Assembly: GCA_963842865.1 (NCBI GenBank)
Contig: CAWJIN010000007.1
Coordinates: 15,855 to 79,854, forward strand
Reading direction: 5' to 3'
From: Candidatus Bathyarchaeota archaeon
Lineage (GTDB): Archaea; Thermoproteota; Bathyarchaeia; Bathyarchaeales; Bathycorpusculaceae
DNA length: 64,000 bases
Made by a program: the position numbers and the translations under genes. The stretch's first letter is position 1; every line of letters begins with the position of its first letter. The notes below the pieces were generated by a model. That model did not search any database. It saw nothing but the letters and a program-made list of their open reading frames with translations, and had not been told where the DNA came from. Below, piece after piece: positions 48,410 to 58,502 of the stretch.

Positions 48410-51082
48410 CTAAGGATGCTTCCTGTAGAGCATTATTCCAACTATTGCGATTGCAATGATTATAGCGATTACTGCGATGGCTATGTACGTTATTAGGTCT
48501 GTTGTATTTGCCAGGTTTGAAGGAGGTGTAACGGTTGGTGCCGGCGTTGGTGTTGCTGTTGGTGCTACGACGGTGGCGTATGTTGTTGCCAATGAAGCGC
48601 CATATGAATCGTCACCTGCAAAAGTAGCGTATATCTTGTACTGCCCTGCAATCGTAGGAGTCCACGTGTAGCCGAAGGTGCCGCTTGGTGCATCACTCGT
48701 AACCTTACCAATGTTCACAGGGTTGCCGTTTGGATCAATCGCACTTAAAGTCACAGGAACACCTGTCACAGTAGCGTTACCCCAGATCCCATTAAGCGGT
48801 TCCTGATCATGCAAATAGCTCATCCAAGTAGTCATTGAGGCGTCAGAAACACATGCAGTGCCTGGCTGCGCTGGAGATTCATCTAAAACCGTGCCAGTAA
48901 TTAGTATTGGAGTTCCTGCTGTGACTGCCGTTTGCGGTGCTGAAACTGTGGTTGCGCTTAGTCCTATTCCAAAGACTTCCAAATACCCGTTGTCGTTATC
49001 GCCGAAGGTTAAATAGCCGCCAGAAACGGGCCCGCAAGCTCCGCCATTTAGACTATCCCATATTTCTTGGCCCGTTGTAGCGTTTAAGGCATAGAGATAC
49101 CATCCTCTGGCAAGGGGTTCAGTGGGAGAGTGTTCGCCGTTTGCATAATAGAGTATTCCGTTAGCGATTTGTGGAGCATTGCTGAAGAGAGACATCGATG
49201 GATACCATGGGCCTTCGAACGGAAGACAAGGTGACATGAAATGCCAAGCTATTTGGCCGTTAGTCCAGTTAATAGCGTAAAAACCGGCGTAAGAGAAGTC
49301 ATAGAGCAAGCCTCCGTAGGAAGCTGTAGTGTACGGTCCGAAGTCTCCCCACGGATAAGATTCACCGCCAGGAAGTCCGACTTTTATAGTTTGCCATGCT
49401 AGTACCCCTGTTTGAAGATTCCAGCAGTCCCAGAAACCACCTAGACAGCGAACGGCATACATCCCATGATCAGCGCATCCAGTGCTTGTGCTGAAGAATA
49501 TGTCACTGGTTGTCACGTTCCATAATAGCTTCCCTGTTATTAGACTAGCGCCCATTACGAATTGTCCTTGGGCAGTGTCTGCACCAAGGGGAATTATCGA
49601 ACCGGTGTTAACAGCTACCATCGCTTCATAGTCGACTGTGCCTAAACTGGTGAATGGCCAAGATACGTTGCTCATTATTCTATCCGAGAAGACAGTGTCG
49701 CTTCCTGTTGTTGTCCAGTTGATTAAGGCGTAGTTGCCTCCTCCCAGATTTTGAACGCTTAAGGCATATGGATCATCATAGACTGTACTGGAAACGAAAG
49801 TTGGAAGTGAAATATTCAACTGCACTGAGCCGCTCCATGGATCGTACTTTATCAGCCTTGGACCAACGTACATCAGCGAAAACGTGCCTGTGCCTAAGCC
49901 TGTTTGTCCTGCGCCAGGTTCAGAAGGAGTTCCTAGGTTTTGAGTGATGACTGTTGGTGGTTGCGTTATGCCCGTTTGTGTCCAGTAGACTTGTCCTGTT
50001 TCTATGCTATAGCACTCCCATGTTGGAGTTGCCTCAGTTACCTGTGAGCCGTTAATATTTTCAATTGCTGGTTGAGTAATGCTTTGGTAAGCTCTGCCCT
50101 CGTAGATTATGGTTGGGAGCCCTGCGTAATTAGTTTCTCCGGAACCAATTGTGCGATAACCGTATTGTCCTCCAGCTATGCCTACAAAGCCGCCTTGCCA
50201 CATCCATGCTATGTGCGCACTTGTTGGCCCTTGAACGTACGGAGTGTACTTGTAGTTGCTTGCATAATAGTTTGTGCCAGCTGGCCAACCAGCACCGCCG
50301 CCTACTCCATCGAACGGGTAATTCCCAGCTATGGTCCACCACTCTCTATTATTTACTGATACTGGGAATGTCCAGTAACCATTCTCGTAGTAGTATTGAT
50401 CAGTGCCTGGCAAGGGCGCCGGTGGCCATCCAGCGACTGGCGCTTGTTGCACAGTTACAGTTGTCGTTGGACTAGTTGAAGGCTCATAGTATGCGTCTTG
50501 AAGTAATATCGGTAGACTCATTGCGCTAAAATTGGGATTTAGAGCAGATACGAGTGCTGGTGGAATTGCCGCCTGGCTTGGGTATACTACGCCCTCAAAA
50601 TACCATCCTACTGGGTAATAGTTGCCTGCAACATTGAACACAAACGAGTAATTGCCTACTTGGCTTGGTACAAAGTCGAAATATGCTGTTGTGTCACCTT
50701 CGTAAGAATTAAATGGACCGACAGTTAATTTAGTTCCGTCTGGCTGTGTGATCGTCACAGTATATCCTGAGTGATATCGAGCAGTCTGCACCGGAGGTTC
50801 TGTCCACACGTTGACGAGAAGCGTTTGTCCTACGCCTACAGGATAAGGCGTAACGCTCATAAACGCTTCGGTTGCAACAGTATTTAATGGAGTAACACCG
50901 GCAGGAATTGTTGTATTCCATGCCGCGTAAACAGGCATGCCTCCAAGTGTTACTCCTGCTGGTACAGTCTGGGCTTTGGAAGGCATAATTGTCGTTGCAA
51001 CTAGCGCGGTAGTAGCCAGCAGTATTGCAATGATGATTAAAGCAAAAGATTTCGTTTTCATTGTTTTCATTAGATTTTTCAT
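48410..51082 (-). CDS. Large secreted PQQ-like beta-propeller surface protein with C-terminal TM anchor
   Basis: Signal peptide; repeated TG..xW blades (TGQVYW, TGKLLW, TGVLAW, NGQIAW, TGQEIW); Ig-like domains; PT linker; TM plus RKHP. Confidence 0.85.
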   Translation of the reverse strand: MKNLMKTMKTKSFALIIIAILLATTALVATTIMPSKAQTVPAGVTLGGMPVYAAWNTTIPAGVTPLNTVATEAFMSVTPYPVGVGQTLLVNVWTEPPVQTARYHSGYTVTITQPDGTKLTVGPFNSYEGDTTAYFDFVPSQVGNYSFVFNVAGNYYPVGWYFEGVVYPSQAAIPPALVSALNPNFSAMSLPILLQDAYYEPSTSPTTTVTVQQAPVAGWPPAPLPGTDQYYYENGYWTFPVSVNNREWWTIAGNYPFDGVGGGAGWPAGTNYYASNYKYTPYVQGPTSAHIAWMWQGGFVGIAGGQYGYRTIGSGETNYAGLPTIIYEGRAYQSITQPAIENINGSQVTEATPTWECYSIETGQVYWTQTGITQPPTVITQNLGTPSEPGAGQTGLGTGTFSLMYVGPRLIKYDPWSGSVQLNISLPTFVSSTVYDDPYALSVQNLGGGNYALINWTTTGSDTVFSDRIMSNVSWPFTSLGTVDYEAMVAVNTGSIIPLGADTAQGQFVMGASLITGKLLWNVTTSDIFFSTSTGCADHGMYAVRCLGGFWDCWNLQTGVLAWQTIKVGLPGGESYPWGDFGPYTTASYGGLLYDFSYAGFYAINWTNGQIAWHFMSPCLPFEGPWYPSMSLFSNAPQIANGILYYANGEHSPTEPLARGWYLYALNATTGQEIWDSLNGGACGPVSGGYLTFGDNDNGYLEVFGIGLSATTVSAPQTAVTAGTPILITGTVLDESPAQPGTACVSDASMTTWMSYLHDQEPLNGIWGNATVTGVPVTLSAIDPNGNPVNIGKVTSDAPSGTFGYTWTPTIAGQYKIYATFAGDDSYGASLATTYATVVAPTATPTPAPTVTPPSNLANTTDLITYIAIAVIAIIIAIAIVGIMLYRKHP

Positions 51083-51549
51083 TTTATTTTCCTTTTCCTA
51101 TGTTTTATTTTTCTTTTCCTATGGTTTTATTTTGTTTGAACGAAAGCGTAAAACATTAACCTCATATTGGTAAACACTTGACGCTCTCGCCAAACGAGGG
51201 CTTTATTTGTCATGGTCTTGTTTATAAAACTTATGCATAAAGCTCATGGAAACCGTCGCTGGGCAAAATAAAATATGAAATGGTTAAAGTCTAATTTGAG
51301 CCCTTTTGAAATTAACTTCCCGTGGAATTAATCAAAAATACGGCAAACGCGACAGCCACAATCTTGCTTTTCAGCATTTTCATAACAAAAAAAGGAATTG
51401 CTCCTTCGCCTAATCAAAAACGGAAGGAAAAGGAGCTATTGAAGCAACAGCACTTGCAGTGCTGAGTTGCGGCATCGGATAAGGTGAACGTCGAAGTGGC
51501 GGTGGACGCATCGGTTCTGGCGGTTCAAGCTCTAATGGGGAACGGTTTA

Positions 51550-52494
51550 TTATTCTTCTTCGCCTCCGTGAAGGGTTGGGGTGATTGTTACTTCGATCAG
51601 GTTTTCGCGTCGGATGATGGTTAGCTTGGTTTCTTTATCTATCACGTCTTCTGAGAGTAGTCTTGGCAGGTCGTAGAAGTCTGTGACGGGTTTGCCGTTG
51701 AATTTTACTAGTACGTCGCCCATGGCTAAGCCTGCTTTGCGTGCTGGTGAGCCCGGTTCAACGGAGAAAATCATTACTCCGTTTTCCTGTTCTAAGCCTG
51801 CTTGCTCAGCGATTTCCTCGGGAATAGCCACGGTGTTAGCGATTATGCCAAGGTAACCCTTCTGAGTTACTCGTCCAGTCATTAGCCTATCAGCGACTGC
51901 CTTTACCTTGTTTACTGGAATAGCGATGCCTCTTTGCCAAACGTAAGCCGCGTTTATACCGATGATTCTGCCTTCCACATCTACAAGTGGCCCGCCGCTG
52001 AAGCCTGGATTAAGCTGTGCATCGGTGGCGATTATGTTTTCCATTTGTGTTCCACGCCAGCCTCTAAGAGTACTGTTTACGCTAGTTACGATGCCGGTGG
52101 TGGCGGTTGGTTGATTTCTATTAAACGGGTTAGCAAGTGCCAAAACGTATTGGCCTACGCTTAGTTTTTCTGAATCGCCTAGTTCTATGGGTGTAAATTC
52201 GCCTTTCTCCGCCTTTAGCAAGGCTATGTCACTGTACGGGTCGGATCCAACGATTTTTGCGTTGAAGGTTTTTTCTCCTTGACCTATTTTGACTGTGTTG
52301 CATCCTGATAGAACATGGTTGCAGGTGACGATGTAGCCGTCTTTGGTTAAGACGACGCCTGTGCCGTGTGTCATTTGCGCTTTCACGCTAACTACTGACT
52401 GTGAGATTTTCTTGATTAGCGTGCTTGTTGCTTCTGAGATGGATTTCAGAACGTCTAATGGATTAGATAGTTGACTCATTTTGTTTTTCACCAT
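51550..52494 (-). CDS. HtrA/DegP-like serine protease (trypsin + PDZ), no signal peptide
   Basis: TCNH, DIALL, NPGFSGGP catalytic triad; GYLGI PDZ. Confidence 0.92.
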   Translation of the reverse strand: MVKNKMSQLSNPLDVLKSISEATSTLIKKISQSVVSVKAQMTHGTGVVLTKDGYIVTCNHVLSGCNTVKIGQGEKTFNAKIVGSDPYSDIALLKAEKGEFTPIELGDSEKLSVGQYVLALANPFNRNQPTATTGIVTSVNSTLRGWRGTQMENIIATDAQLNPGFSGGPLVDVEGRIIGINAAYVWQRGIAIPVNKVKAVADRLMTGRVTQKGYLGIIANTVAIPEEIAEQAGLEQENGVMIFSVEPGSPARKAGLAMGDVLVKFNGKPVTDFYDLPRLLSEDVIDKETKLTIIRRENLIEVTITPTLHGGEEE

Positions 52495-52556
52495 AAGGTA
52501 CTATAGCAAAATAGTATTTGTTGACTAAGGAACAATGAAAGTTAGTCACAAAACAC

Positions 52557-53180
52557 TTAGGCAGGCATCATAAAAGGCGATTCGCCAAAGTAAGCAACGT
52601 TTCTAGCTACATGTGAGCTTTGGCAGACCTTGCCGATGTTCGCCATGAGTTGGTATGAAGCTTTCAAGGCCAAGTTAAGGTTATTGTTTGTTAAGAATTT
52701 TGCTTCTATGTTAAGCGCTGTTCCTTGAATGTTTGCGGCTATTTGGATTCCGCCGTCTTCCGTGATCCACTTTAAGGTGACGCCCTGATTATTTTCTGAT
52801 ATGCCCAGCCAACGTAGTAAACCAAACCATTTGCCTTTAAGCGCCAAGATTAGTTGTTGCGTCATAAGGTCTGATGGGAGGAAAGTTTGAATCAGCGGTG
52901 TTGTTGGTTCTTCTTTGCGTGCTTGGTTAAGTTTTAGTTCAGTTATCTTTGGGGTGACCCTGTAGCCTTCGGGTCCTTTTTTCAAGATGCCCTCTTGCTC
53001 CAGTCGGGCAAGTATGCGCGAGAGCGTTTCTGGATGCAGTCCTGTTCTTCGTTTTAACCCGTCGAATGTGAATATAGCTAAGTCTTCAGTTTCTATTAGC
53101 GCCAATATGTCAGCGTCGCGTTCGCTGAGGGAGTAGTCGGCTGGAAGGCTTTGCCAATTAACATTCAGAACAGGTATCAT
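52557..53180 (-). CDS. Winged-helix domain protein
   Basis: TFDGLKRRTGLHPETLSRILARLEQEG HTH. Confidence 0.75.
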   Translation of the reverse strand: MIPVLNVNWQSLPADYSLSERDADILALIETEDLAIFTFDGLKRRTGLHPETLSRILARLEQEGILKKGPEGYRVTPKITELKLNQARKEEPTTPLIQTFLPSDLMTQQLILALKGKWFGLLRWLGISENNQGVTLKWITEDGGIQIAANIQGTALNIEAKFLTNNNLNLALKASYQLMANIGKVCQSSHVARNVAYFGESPFMMPA

Positions 53181-53314
53181 TATTCTAATTTTAGGTTGAG
53201 GCGTTGCTTTTGAATGTTACTTCTTTTTTTCAAGAAAAGCAACAATGAATAGAATACTTGGGTTACTGAATAGCTGCCTTGCTTTTGCTTAAGCTTTAAT
53301 TTTTCTTTTGATTG

Positions 53315-53968
53315 TTACCTCAAGGTTACTTTTTCGCCTGTGGCAATGTAGACTACGGCTTCCATGATGTGCGTCGCGTGATCCCCAATACGTTCAAGAT
53401 ATCTTACTACGAGCGTGCTGGAGACAGTGCACTCGTTTGTGATGCCTGCCGCCTTTACAAGTTTGCCCAGATACTCGAAGTACATGTCATCCACTCCTTG
53501 CTCGGTTTTAGTTATTTTCTTGAGGAGTTCTATATCTAGGCTTTTTAGGGAGTTAATGCTTATCGTGACCATTTGGAGAACTTTTTCAGCCATTTTCTCT
53601 ATGTACTCAAATATCCATTTATCACAAGTGCGTTGTCCATTGAAACGCGTGCTGATAAAGGATATGTCCCAAGCATATCTGCCGTAACGTTCAAAATCGT
53701 AGGCGACTTTCATGTAAGAGTTTATGATTCGTAAGTCAGAAGCTACAGGTTGATATTTTGCTATCAAACTAAAAGCTTTTTCCTCAACCTCGACAGTGTT
53801 GCCTACGAGAATTTCGGAGAGTTCATGCACATCGCTGGATGTGTCTTTGCTTTCAAGAAAGCCTCTTAACGATATTGCTACGGCTTTTTCGGCATCTTTG
53901 CCCATCTTGTAAACCATTGTTGTTAATTCTTCTAAGCCTTTATCTAACAGTCTTTGCATAATGTTCAC
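53315..53968 (-). CDS. phoU: Phosphate signalling protein PhoU
   Basis: QPVASDLR, ERYGRY, YLERIGDHA. Confidence 0.92.
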   Translation of the reverse strand: MNIMQRLLDKGLEELTTMVYKMGKDAEKAVAISLRGFLESKDTSSDVHELSEILVGNTVEVEEKAFSLIAKYQPVASDLRIINSYMKVAYDFERYGRYAWDISFISTRFNGQRTCDKWIFEYIEKMAEKVLQMVTISINSLKSLDIELLKKITKTEQGVDDMYFEYLGKLVKAAGITNECTVSSTLVVRYLERIGDHATHIMEAVVYIATGEKVTLR

Positions 53969-53969
53969 T

Positions 53970-54752
53970 TTATCCGAACTTTCCAGTTATGTATTTTTCT
54001 GTTAACTCACTACGTGGATTCTCAAACACTGCGGTTGTGTTCCCGAATTCTATTAGTTGCCCGAGGTACATGAAGGCCGTAAAGTCTGAGATACGTGCAG
54101 CCTGCTGCAGATTATGTGTAACAATTATGACTGTAAACTCCTTCTTAAGTTGAACGATTGACTCCTCAACTTTAGCTGTGGCAATGGGGTCAAGAGCTGA
54201 ACATGGCTCATCCATAAGGATAATTTCAGGTTCCACTGCAAGGGCGCGTGCTATGCATAGCCTCTGCTGCTGGCCTCCTGACAAAGCGGTACCTGGCTTC
54301 TTCAAATCACCTTTGACTTCATCCCATAAGAACGCCATCCGAAGACTCTTTTCCGCCAGCGCCTCAAGTTTCTTTTTATCTCTCACACCGTTGAGTTTCA
54401 AGCCTGCTACAGTATTGTCGTATATTGACATGGTCGGGAACGGGTTTGGCTTCTGAAAAACCATGCCTATCCTTCTGCGAACGGCAACAGGGTCTACCTT
54501 TGGAGAGTAAATGTTTACTCCATCCAAGATGACTTCCCCTTCAACTTTTGTACCAGGCGTTAACTCATGAATTCTATTCAAACATCTGATTAGTGTGCTC
54601 TTTCCGCATCCAGATGGACCCATGACGGCGGTTACACGGTTCTCAGGGAACTTTATGGTAATTCCCTTGAGTGCCTGTACTTTGCCATATTTAGCCTTCA
54701 AGTCTTTTGTTTCTAGTTTAGCAGCGAATAAATCTTGGGTTTTGTTACTCAA
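53970..54752 (-). CDS. pstB: Phosphate ABC transporter ATPase
   Basis: [36 protein letters not shown]. Confidence 0.97.
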   Translation of the reverse strand: MSNKTQDLFAAKLETKDLKAKYGKVQALKGITIKFPENRVTAVMGPSGCGKSTLIRCLNRIHELTPGTKVEGEVILDGVNIYSPKVDPVAVRRRIGMVFQKPNPFPTMSIYDNTVAGLKLNGVRDKKKLEALAEKSLRMAFLWDEVKGDLKKPGTALSGGQQQRLCIARALAVEPEIILMDEPCSALDPIATAKVEESIVQLKKEFTVIIVTHNLQQAARISDFTAFMYLGQLIEFGNTTAVFENPRSELTEKYITGKFG

Positions 54753-54811
54753 TTTATCGGATCCTCCCGATTTTTAATTTTTTTAACCGTCGTTTGAATG
54801 TTATCACTATG

Positions 54812-55705
54812 CTACTCCATCCTTGTTTCAGTTAAGTTTCTTCCTATAATAAGTTTGACAAAAAGGTTCAGCCCCAGCATTATCAATATTAGGACTAATG
54901 CTGCTCCCCAAGCCTGAGTGATCCAAGATTTATAGGGTGAGGTCGCGTAATTGTAAATTAGAACTGTCATCGATCCCGTTGGCTGCGTAAACAGATTTGT
55001 TGCATAGTAACTACTTGCCGCCGCCGTATATAGTAACGGAGCTGTCTCGCCTGTTGCACGCGCAACAGCCAACACTATACCGGTTAAAAGCCCAGTTTTA
55101 CCTGTACCTATAACGATTCGGAAGATCGTTTTCCATCTTGGGATTCCAAGAGCCATTGATGCTTCCCGCAACGAATTAGGAACTAGCTTGAGAGATTCAC
55201 CTGTCGTTCTCGCTATAATAGGAAGCATTATAAAGCTTAAAGCGACGGCGCCCGCAAAAGCAGAAAAATGTTTGGTGCTCAGTACGATTAAGATGAAGAC
55301 AAACAGCCCTATGACCATTGAAGGGAAACCTGTTAACACATCGTTCATGAAACCTGAAATTGCGGATAGCTTAGATGAAGACCATTCTGAGAAAAAGATG
55401 CCTGCGCCAACACCGATTGGCACGGAGATAAGGGCTGCTATACCCACCATGGTGAATGTTCCTACTATCGTGTTGGCTATTCCCCCGCCTGAAAAGGTCG
55501 GCCCTGTTGGCAAATGGGTTAAGAACCCTATACTGATGGCTGGCGCTCCTCGTAACAAAACGTCCCCTAATATGAGAATTAGGGGGACTACTGCCAGAAT
55601 CACAGCGACAATTATCAGAATAGTCATTAACCTGTTGACGACTTTTCGCCAAAGTGAAATACCTAAAGGCAGATTAGATTTTCCCAAAATTGCATTCCTC
55701 CTCAA
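54812..55705 (-). CDS. pstA: Phosphate ABC transporter permease
   Basis: LREASMALG, ARATGETAPL. Confidence 0.95.
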   Translation of the reverse strand: MRRNAILGKSNLPLGISLWRKVVNRLMTILIIVAVILAVVPLILILGDVLLRGAPAISIGFLTHLPTGPTFSGGGIANTIVGTFTMVGIAALISVPIGVGAGIFFSEWSSSKLSAISGFMNDVLTGFPSMVIGLFVFILIVLSTKHFSAFAGAVALSFIMLPIIARTTGESLKLVPNSLREASMALGIPRWKTIFRIVIGTGKTGLLTGIVLAVARATGETAPLLYTAAASSYYATNLFTQPTGSMTVLIYNYATSPYKSWITQAWGAALVLILIMLGLNLFVKLIIGRNLTETRME

Positions 55706-56631
55706 ATCTTAACCTGCGTAGCACGAGTCATCCTCCAAAGTAAAAGTCGGGCAAATATGTTAATTATCAATGCAACAAAAAACAGGATTAGTGCGATCTC
55801 AATAATTGCAGATCGATAAATCCCTGTTGCCTCGCCAAGTTCGTTCGCAAGCAGCGAAGATAAAGTGTAGCCTCCTGAAAACAGGTTTGGGGTAATTTTA
55901 GGGACGTTTCCGATTACCATAGTGACCGCCATTGTTTCGCCAACAGCACGTCCTAGGCCAAGAACGAATGCGCCAAATATCCCTGACCTCGCAGAGGGCA
56001 AGACGCTTTTTTGCGTAACTTCCCAATCTGTAGCGCCGAGTGAGTACATGGCTTCCCGCTGACTGTTTGGAACAGCGTTAAGAACATCCCTTGAAACAGC
56101 GGACATTGTGGGGATAATCATTATTGCTAATATAACTCCAGCAGTGAAAAAACTCGTCTGGTAAGGAGTTCCCGCGAATAAAGGAATGAAACCGAGAGAA
56201 CTATGTAAGGGTTTTTCTATGTACTTGTCTAAGAGAGGAGCTAAGACTAATAATCCCCAGAGACCATAAATGACACTGGGCACAGCAGCTAGGAGATCAA
56301 CCAAAGTTCCTAGTGTGTAACCCAGACTTCGATGACTTTTTAGCCTTTCAGAGATAAAGATAGCTACGCCCAGACTAATCGGGAGTCCGATAAGAATAGC
56401 AATAGCAGATGTCAACAAAGTTCCATAAATAAAAGGTAAAGCACCGAATACTTCATGAGCTGGATCCCAAGTTGACCCTCCCAAAAAACCTGGCCCAAAC
56501 TTGCTTATTGAGGCGGCTGACCCTGAAAAAAGTTCCACGGCAAGCGCAACAAGGAGACCAATAATGAAGAAAGCTGCTGCTGCAAGGGCTATTTTTACTA
56601 TCGTGTCTCCTCTTACCAGTTGGATATGCAC
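55702..56631 (-). CDS. pstC: Phosphate ABC transporter permease
   Basis: LLAAVPSVIYGLWG, GRAVGETMAV. Confidence 0.95.
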   Translation of the reverse strand: MHIQLVRGDTIVKIALAAAAFFIIGLLVALAVELFSGSAASISKFGPGFLGGSTWDPAHEVFGALPFIYGTLLTSAIAILIGLPISLGVAIFISERLKSHRSLGYTLGTLVDLLAAVPSVIYGLWGLLVLAPLLDKYIEKPLHSSLGFIPLFAGTPYQTSFFTAGVILAIMIIPTMSAVSRDVLNAVPNSQREAMYSLGATDWEVTQKSVLPSARSGIFGAFVLGLGRAVGETMAVTMVIGNVPKITPNLFSGGYTLSSLLANELGEATGIYRSAIIEIALILFFVALIINIFARLLLWRMTRATQVKI

Positions 56632-56694
56632 TTCAGCATCCTCAATTTTTTAGTTAAATTAACAAAAAAATAAGGGATAAATTGCTTTTAAATT

Positions 56695-57987
56695 TTAGCT
56701 TAGGAGCGGTATTTGATTTCCTTGGTAGGTTATCAGCTTAATTGTTGCGGTGTCGATGGTGACTATGTTAGCTGGGAGTGGTGCATAGCCTAAGTTTGTA
56801 CTGTATGATTGACCTTGGTTTATGACCCATGTAAGGAAGCTGACGAGAGCAGCGCCTTGATTGTAGTTGGATTGTGATTCATATACCAGAGCGTAAGTTA
56901 AGGTCACAATTGGGTAGATACCGGTGTCTGTTTTATCGTTATAGATGTTGTCAATGACAGAGACACTTGACCATACGCCATTTCCTGCTGGAAGATTGGT
57001 GGCACCTGCTGATAGCGAAGCTTGTATGTTTGACACGTTAGCAAGGATGAAGTTTCCTGCAGCGTTTTGCACAGTTCCATAGAAGATTTGGCCTGCATTC
57101 TGAAGTTCATAAGCAATTTCAAGGGGACCGATCGAATCCGCGTTTTGTTCAATGCCTTGCGCTACACCAGAATTTCCCTTATAACCTAAGCCAACTGGCC
57201 AAGCTGGAGACTTACTCTTTCCAGGTCCACTGGCCCATGCAGTACTTGCTTGAGACAGGTAATCGGTGAAGGCGAACATTGTTCCGCTTCCGTCAGATCT
57301 GTGGATTACTGTTATTGTTGCGGCGGGCAATTGAGCTGCTACAGCCGGGCTTTGTAGAGCTTGGATAGATGGGTCATTCCATTTGGTTATCGTTCCCAAG
57401 AAAATGTTTGCTAATACTGTGCCGTTGAAGTTTAAGCCGCTCTGACAGTATGAACCGTTGCTGAGTTGTATGTTATAGGCTGGTACAACCGCGCTGGCAG
57501 ATATTGGTATAGTTAAGGCAGTTGTGCCTGTGGGAAGCCCAGAAATATCTGATGCCTGCAGAGGCATGTCCGATTCACCGAAATCGACAGTTTGACCTTG
57601 AAAGTCAACAATTCCGGCACCGCTTCCAACTGCATTATAGTTAACTTCTACTTTGGGTTGGTATTGGTTGTAGGCTACTTGCCACTCAGCCATTAGCGGG
57701 GCGACAAGTGTACCTCCTGCTCCGTTAAGTATTAAGTTTGACGCTAGCGTTGGCACTGAAGTTGGTACTGGTGTTGCTGTTGGAGTTGGCGCGGCTGTTG
57801 GCGCGGCTGTTGGCGCGGCTGTTGGCGCGGCTGTTGGCGCAGCCGTTGGTGCTGTTGTGGGTGTTGCTGTTGGTGCAGGCGTTGCCGTCGTCTTTGCGGG
57901 GGTTAATAAGGATATGTAAGCGAAAGCTCCTCCTAAGATGATGACGATTACAACAATTGCTGCTACAATTATATACGTAGTTTTCAT
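56695..57987 (-). CDS. pstS: Phosphate-binding protein, N-terminally membrane anchored
   Basis: GSGAG, DFGESD, HRSDGSGT..FTDYL, YPIV. Confidence 0.95.
   Translation of the reverse strand: MKTTYIIVAAIVVIVIILGGAFAYISLLTPAKTTATPAPTATPTTAPTAAPTAAPTAAPTAAPTAAPTPTATPVPTSVPTLASNLILNGAGGTLVAPLMAEWQVAYNQYQPKVEVNYNAVGSGAGIVDFQGQTVDFGESDMPLQASDISGLPTGTTALTIPISASAVVPAYNIQLSNGSYCQSGLNFNGTVLANIFLGTITKWNDPSIQALQSPAVAAQLPAATITVIHRSDGSGTMFAFTDYLSQASTAWASGPGKSKSPAWPVGLGYKGNSGVAQGIEQNADSIGPLEIAYELQNAGQIFYGTVQNAAGNFILANVSNIQASLSAGATNLPAGNGVWSSVSVIDNIYNDKTDTGIYPIVTLTYALVYESQSNYNQGAALVSFLTWVINQGQSYSTNLGYAPLPANIVTIDTATIKLITYQGNQIPLLS
57769..57880 (-). repeat. 12-bp coding tandem repeat giving the (PTAA)n linker of PstS
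   Basis: GGCGCGGCTGTT x4 perfect plus degenerate flanking units. Confidence 0.85.
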
Positions 57988-58050
57988 TTTTTTACCCTTC
58001 AATAAAGCTTATTTAGTGCTTCATTATATGAGCGTGCTCTTCATAAACAC

Positions 58051-58061
58051 TATAGACTATA
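58051..58061. promoter_or_regulatory. TATAG-N-CTATA palindrome upstream of pstS
   Basis: Second copy at 58478-58488 upstream of the PhoU-family regulator. Confidence 0.45.
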
Positions 58062-58150
58062 TATAAAATCATTGCACGTATGTATAATACCGTAATATTA
58101 TATAACGATAAAGAAATCTGACTGTAAAACGCATAAAAAATGCTTTAGAT

Positions 58151-58303
58151 GTGACAATTGTAAAGGCAACAGAAAACAAGGAACAAAGAAAACTCCAATT
58201 TACAAGTGGATCTGCATTTATTCTTTCACTGCCAAATCAACGGATAACGCGAAATCAGCTTAAAGGGCGGAGCCTGCACCAGCTCCATTTGAGTTATCGG
58301 TAG
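58151..58303 (+). pseudogene. Truncated paralog of the AbrB-like N-terminus of the PhoU-family regulator
   Basis: KEQRKLQFTSGSAFILSLPNQRITRNQLK aligns with EEQRKLQVTGGSTFILSVPKDWAIRNELK. Confidence 0.75.
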
Positions 58304-58477
58304 GCTGTGGGTTGGTTTGTGATAGGTAGGCGTATGCTGCTACGTGCCTATTATTATGGCGATTGCAAATTTGCGATTATAGCTGTGTATTTAGTTCTCA
58401 TATTTTTGTTTCTTCATTTTTTATAACGAAAAAAGCCTAGGTTTTATATAGTAAATTTAGTAAATATCCATAAAATT

Positions 58478-58488
58478 TATAGTCTATA
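58478..58488. promoter_or_regulatory. TATAG-N-CTATA palindrome upstream of the phosphate regulator
   Basis: Matches 58051-58061. Confidence 0.45.
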
Positions 58489-58502
58489 TATATAACTAAT
58501 AT

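Noticed and set aside
57769-57880. Tandem repeat as a mobile or CRISPR feature
   Set aside because: In-frame PTAA linker, common in membrane-anchored archaeal binding proteins
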